A stretch of DNA of 47,977 nucleotides from a virus (Duplodnaviria; Heunggongvirae; Uroviricota; Caudoviricetes). The notes under the pieces are model-generated. The model was not told the origin of the DNA. It was given only the letters and a program-made list of their open reading frames with translations, and did no database searches. The stretch lies in IMG/VR virus record IMGVR_UViG_3300028591_000125; one strand, 5' to 3'. The translations under genes were made by a program, and so were the position numbers. Shown here in pieces: positions 46,920 through 47,977 of the stretch. Within the stretch, counting starts at the first letter, position 1; each line of letters begins with the position of its first letter.

Positions 46920-46930
46920 CATATATAAGG
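46920..46930 (-). promoter_or_regulatory. CCTTATATAT motif upstream of the helicase gene
   Basis: catatataagg, about 85 nt upstream of the helicase ATG. Confidence 0.55.
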
Positions 46931-47049
46931 AATTCATCGCAATTTTTCAAAAAAAAGTGGTCGCTGTCATTTTTTGGGCAAAACTTTGGAGCACCCTTCT
47001 ATAAGGGAAATTTCCTTTAAAAAGATGACGGAAATATATTTAATAATAT

Positions 47050-47137
47050 CTCCACCGTAGGTGGAGCCTCTTTTAATAAAATCCTCTTAGTAAAATCCGT
47101 AAGGATGATTGATGGTTGGACCGCAGGTACAATCATC
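47050..47137. other. Two GNA-triloop hairpins
   Basis: ctccac-cGTAg-gtggag (47050-47066) and gatggttgg-ac-cGCAg-gt-acaatcatc (47111-47137). Confidence 0.55.
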
Positions 47138-47164
47138 GAATCTCTAAATAAATCTTTCTTTTAA

Positions 47165-47977
47165 AAAACCCCTCACTTCGCTCCGTTTCACTCCGCTTCG
47201 TTCGGCAAAATAGAATAAAAGATGAATAGAAAGATAAGAGGTAAATATAATAAATCGCTCCACTTCGTTCCGCTCCGTTTAAATTAATTCTTTTTCTTTT
47301 TTTATTTAAATGCGACCGAGCCGAAGGCGAGGGAGTTCTTTTCTTTTATCACTTCATTCGCTTGCGCTCATTTCGTTCTTTCTTTATTTAAAACCACCTC
47401 ATTCGCTTCGCTCATTTCGTTTAAATCCTTCGCTCGCTTTGCTCGCTCCGTTATTATATATTATCTTTCTATTCTTCATCTTTAGTTATCGTTTCATTCA
47501 ATTCATCCTTCACTTCACTGCGTTTCGTTCAGTCTTCTTTCATTACACTTCAGATCTCGTTACGTTTTCATTCCGCTTCGCTACATTTCAAACTCCACTT
47601 CAATCACTTCAATTCATTCCGTTTCGACTTCATTTCATTCCGTCTTCACTACATTTCTTTCAGTACCTTTATCATTTCGTTCCGTTTCGTCTTCACTTCG
47701 TTACGACTTCACTACACTTCATTTCTATTCCCATTCTATTCGGTTTTACTTCGCTTTGCTCAGAAAACCTCAACGTTACGCTTTCATTCCATTACGTTTC
47801 GCTTACGCTACACTTCATTTCATTCAGCTTCACTTCTATTCTTTGCTTTGAGGTTCGTTTCATTCTATTCGCTTCGCTCACAGAATTCCACTCACTTTCT
47901 AAGACTTCCTTTCAATTTTCTAAAAATGTCCCTCGTTTCACTCGGTCCATATAATTTAAAATCCGTTTCTAGTCTTA
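47165..47977 (-). repeat. Pyrimidine-rich (+ strand) degenerate pentamer region containing inverted-repeat copy B
   Basis: Units cttca, tttcg and ttcgc recur with ~5-nt spacing; 47623-47977 is the reverse-complement counterpart of 5008-5354; the window ends inside the repeat. Confidence 0.9.

Noticed and set aside
47310-47954. 214-aa F/S/L/R-rich ORF, plus 5026..5220 and 5063..5452 on the minus strand
   Set aside because: They lie on the pyrimidine-rich strand of the pentamer repeat, which is naturally poor in stop codons; the composition is low-complexity and the frame is not kept between the two repeat copies.
1-47977. Stop-codon reassignment, as seen in some Bacteroidota phages
   Set aside because: Genes of up to 1845 aa are intact in the standard code, and TAA, TAG and TGA all end genes at sensible coupled junctions.
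5008-47977. Inverted terminal repeats or a transposon defined by the repeat pair
   Set aside because: Copy A is internal with phage genes on both sides, and no transposase, recombinase or target-site duplication was recognised.
1-47977. tRNA, rRNA, integrase, reverse transcriptase or template repeat
   Set aside because: No cloverleaf/T-loop signatures, tyrosine/serine recombinase motifs, YxDD RT motif or second copy of the VR were found by eye.

Overview
AT-rich (roughly 30% GC by eye) segment of a large tailed dsDNA phage read in the standard genetic code. It is probably a contractile-tailed phage of a Bacteroidota host; this is inferred from T4-like baseplate genes, LPATTL-type LRRs, BACON-like and C-type-lectin modules, and a Bacteroidetes-type DGR target. 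Left end (1-3504, + strand): 5'-truncated hypothetical, dUTPase, actin/ParM-like ATPase and hypotheticals. 3524-8235: two divergent arrays of about 13 small basic paralogues sharing a KK[ILV][ST] motif, flanking a purine-rich degenerate pentamer repeat, with a recurring CCTTATATAT motif just upstream of unit-leading start codons. 8267-43717 (- strand): one long virion/lysis block with an LRR protein, a putative T4-type holin, modular receptor-binding proteins, large tail proteins with CBM5/12-like repeats and baseplate wedge genes. It includes an orphan DGR-type variable region followed by what looks like a truncated accessory gene, and three apparently circularly permuted lectin domains. 43784-46836 (- strand): a GIY-YIG/T5orf172-like nuclease and an SF2 helicase that share a ~135-aa C-terminal domain. 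These are followed by a hairpin-rich non-coding region and an inverted copy of the pentamer repeat, where the window ends. CGGCCG is strongly over-represented and its flanking bases are polarised to the coding strand. No tRNA, rRNA, CRISPR array, integrase or reverse transcriptase was recognised. All family assignments come from motif recognition by eye, not database searches.
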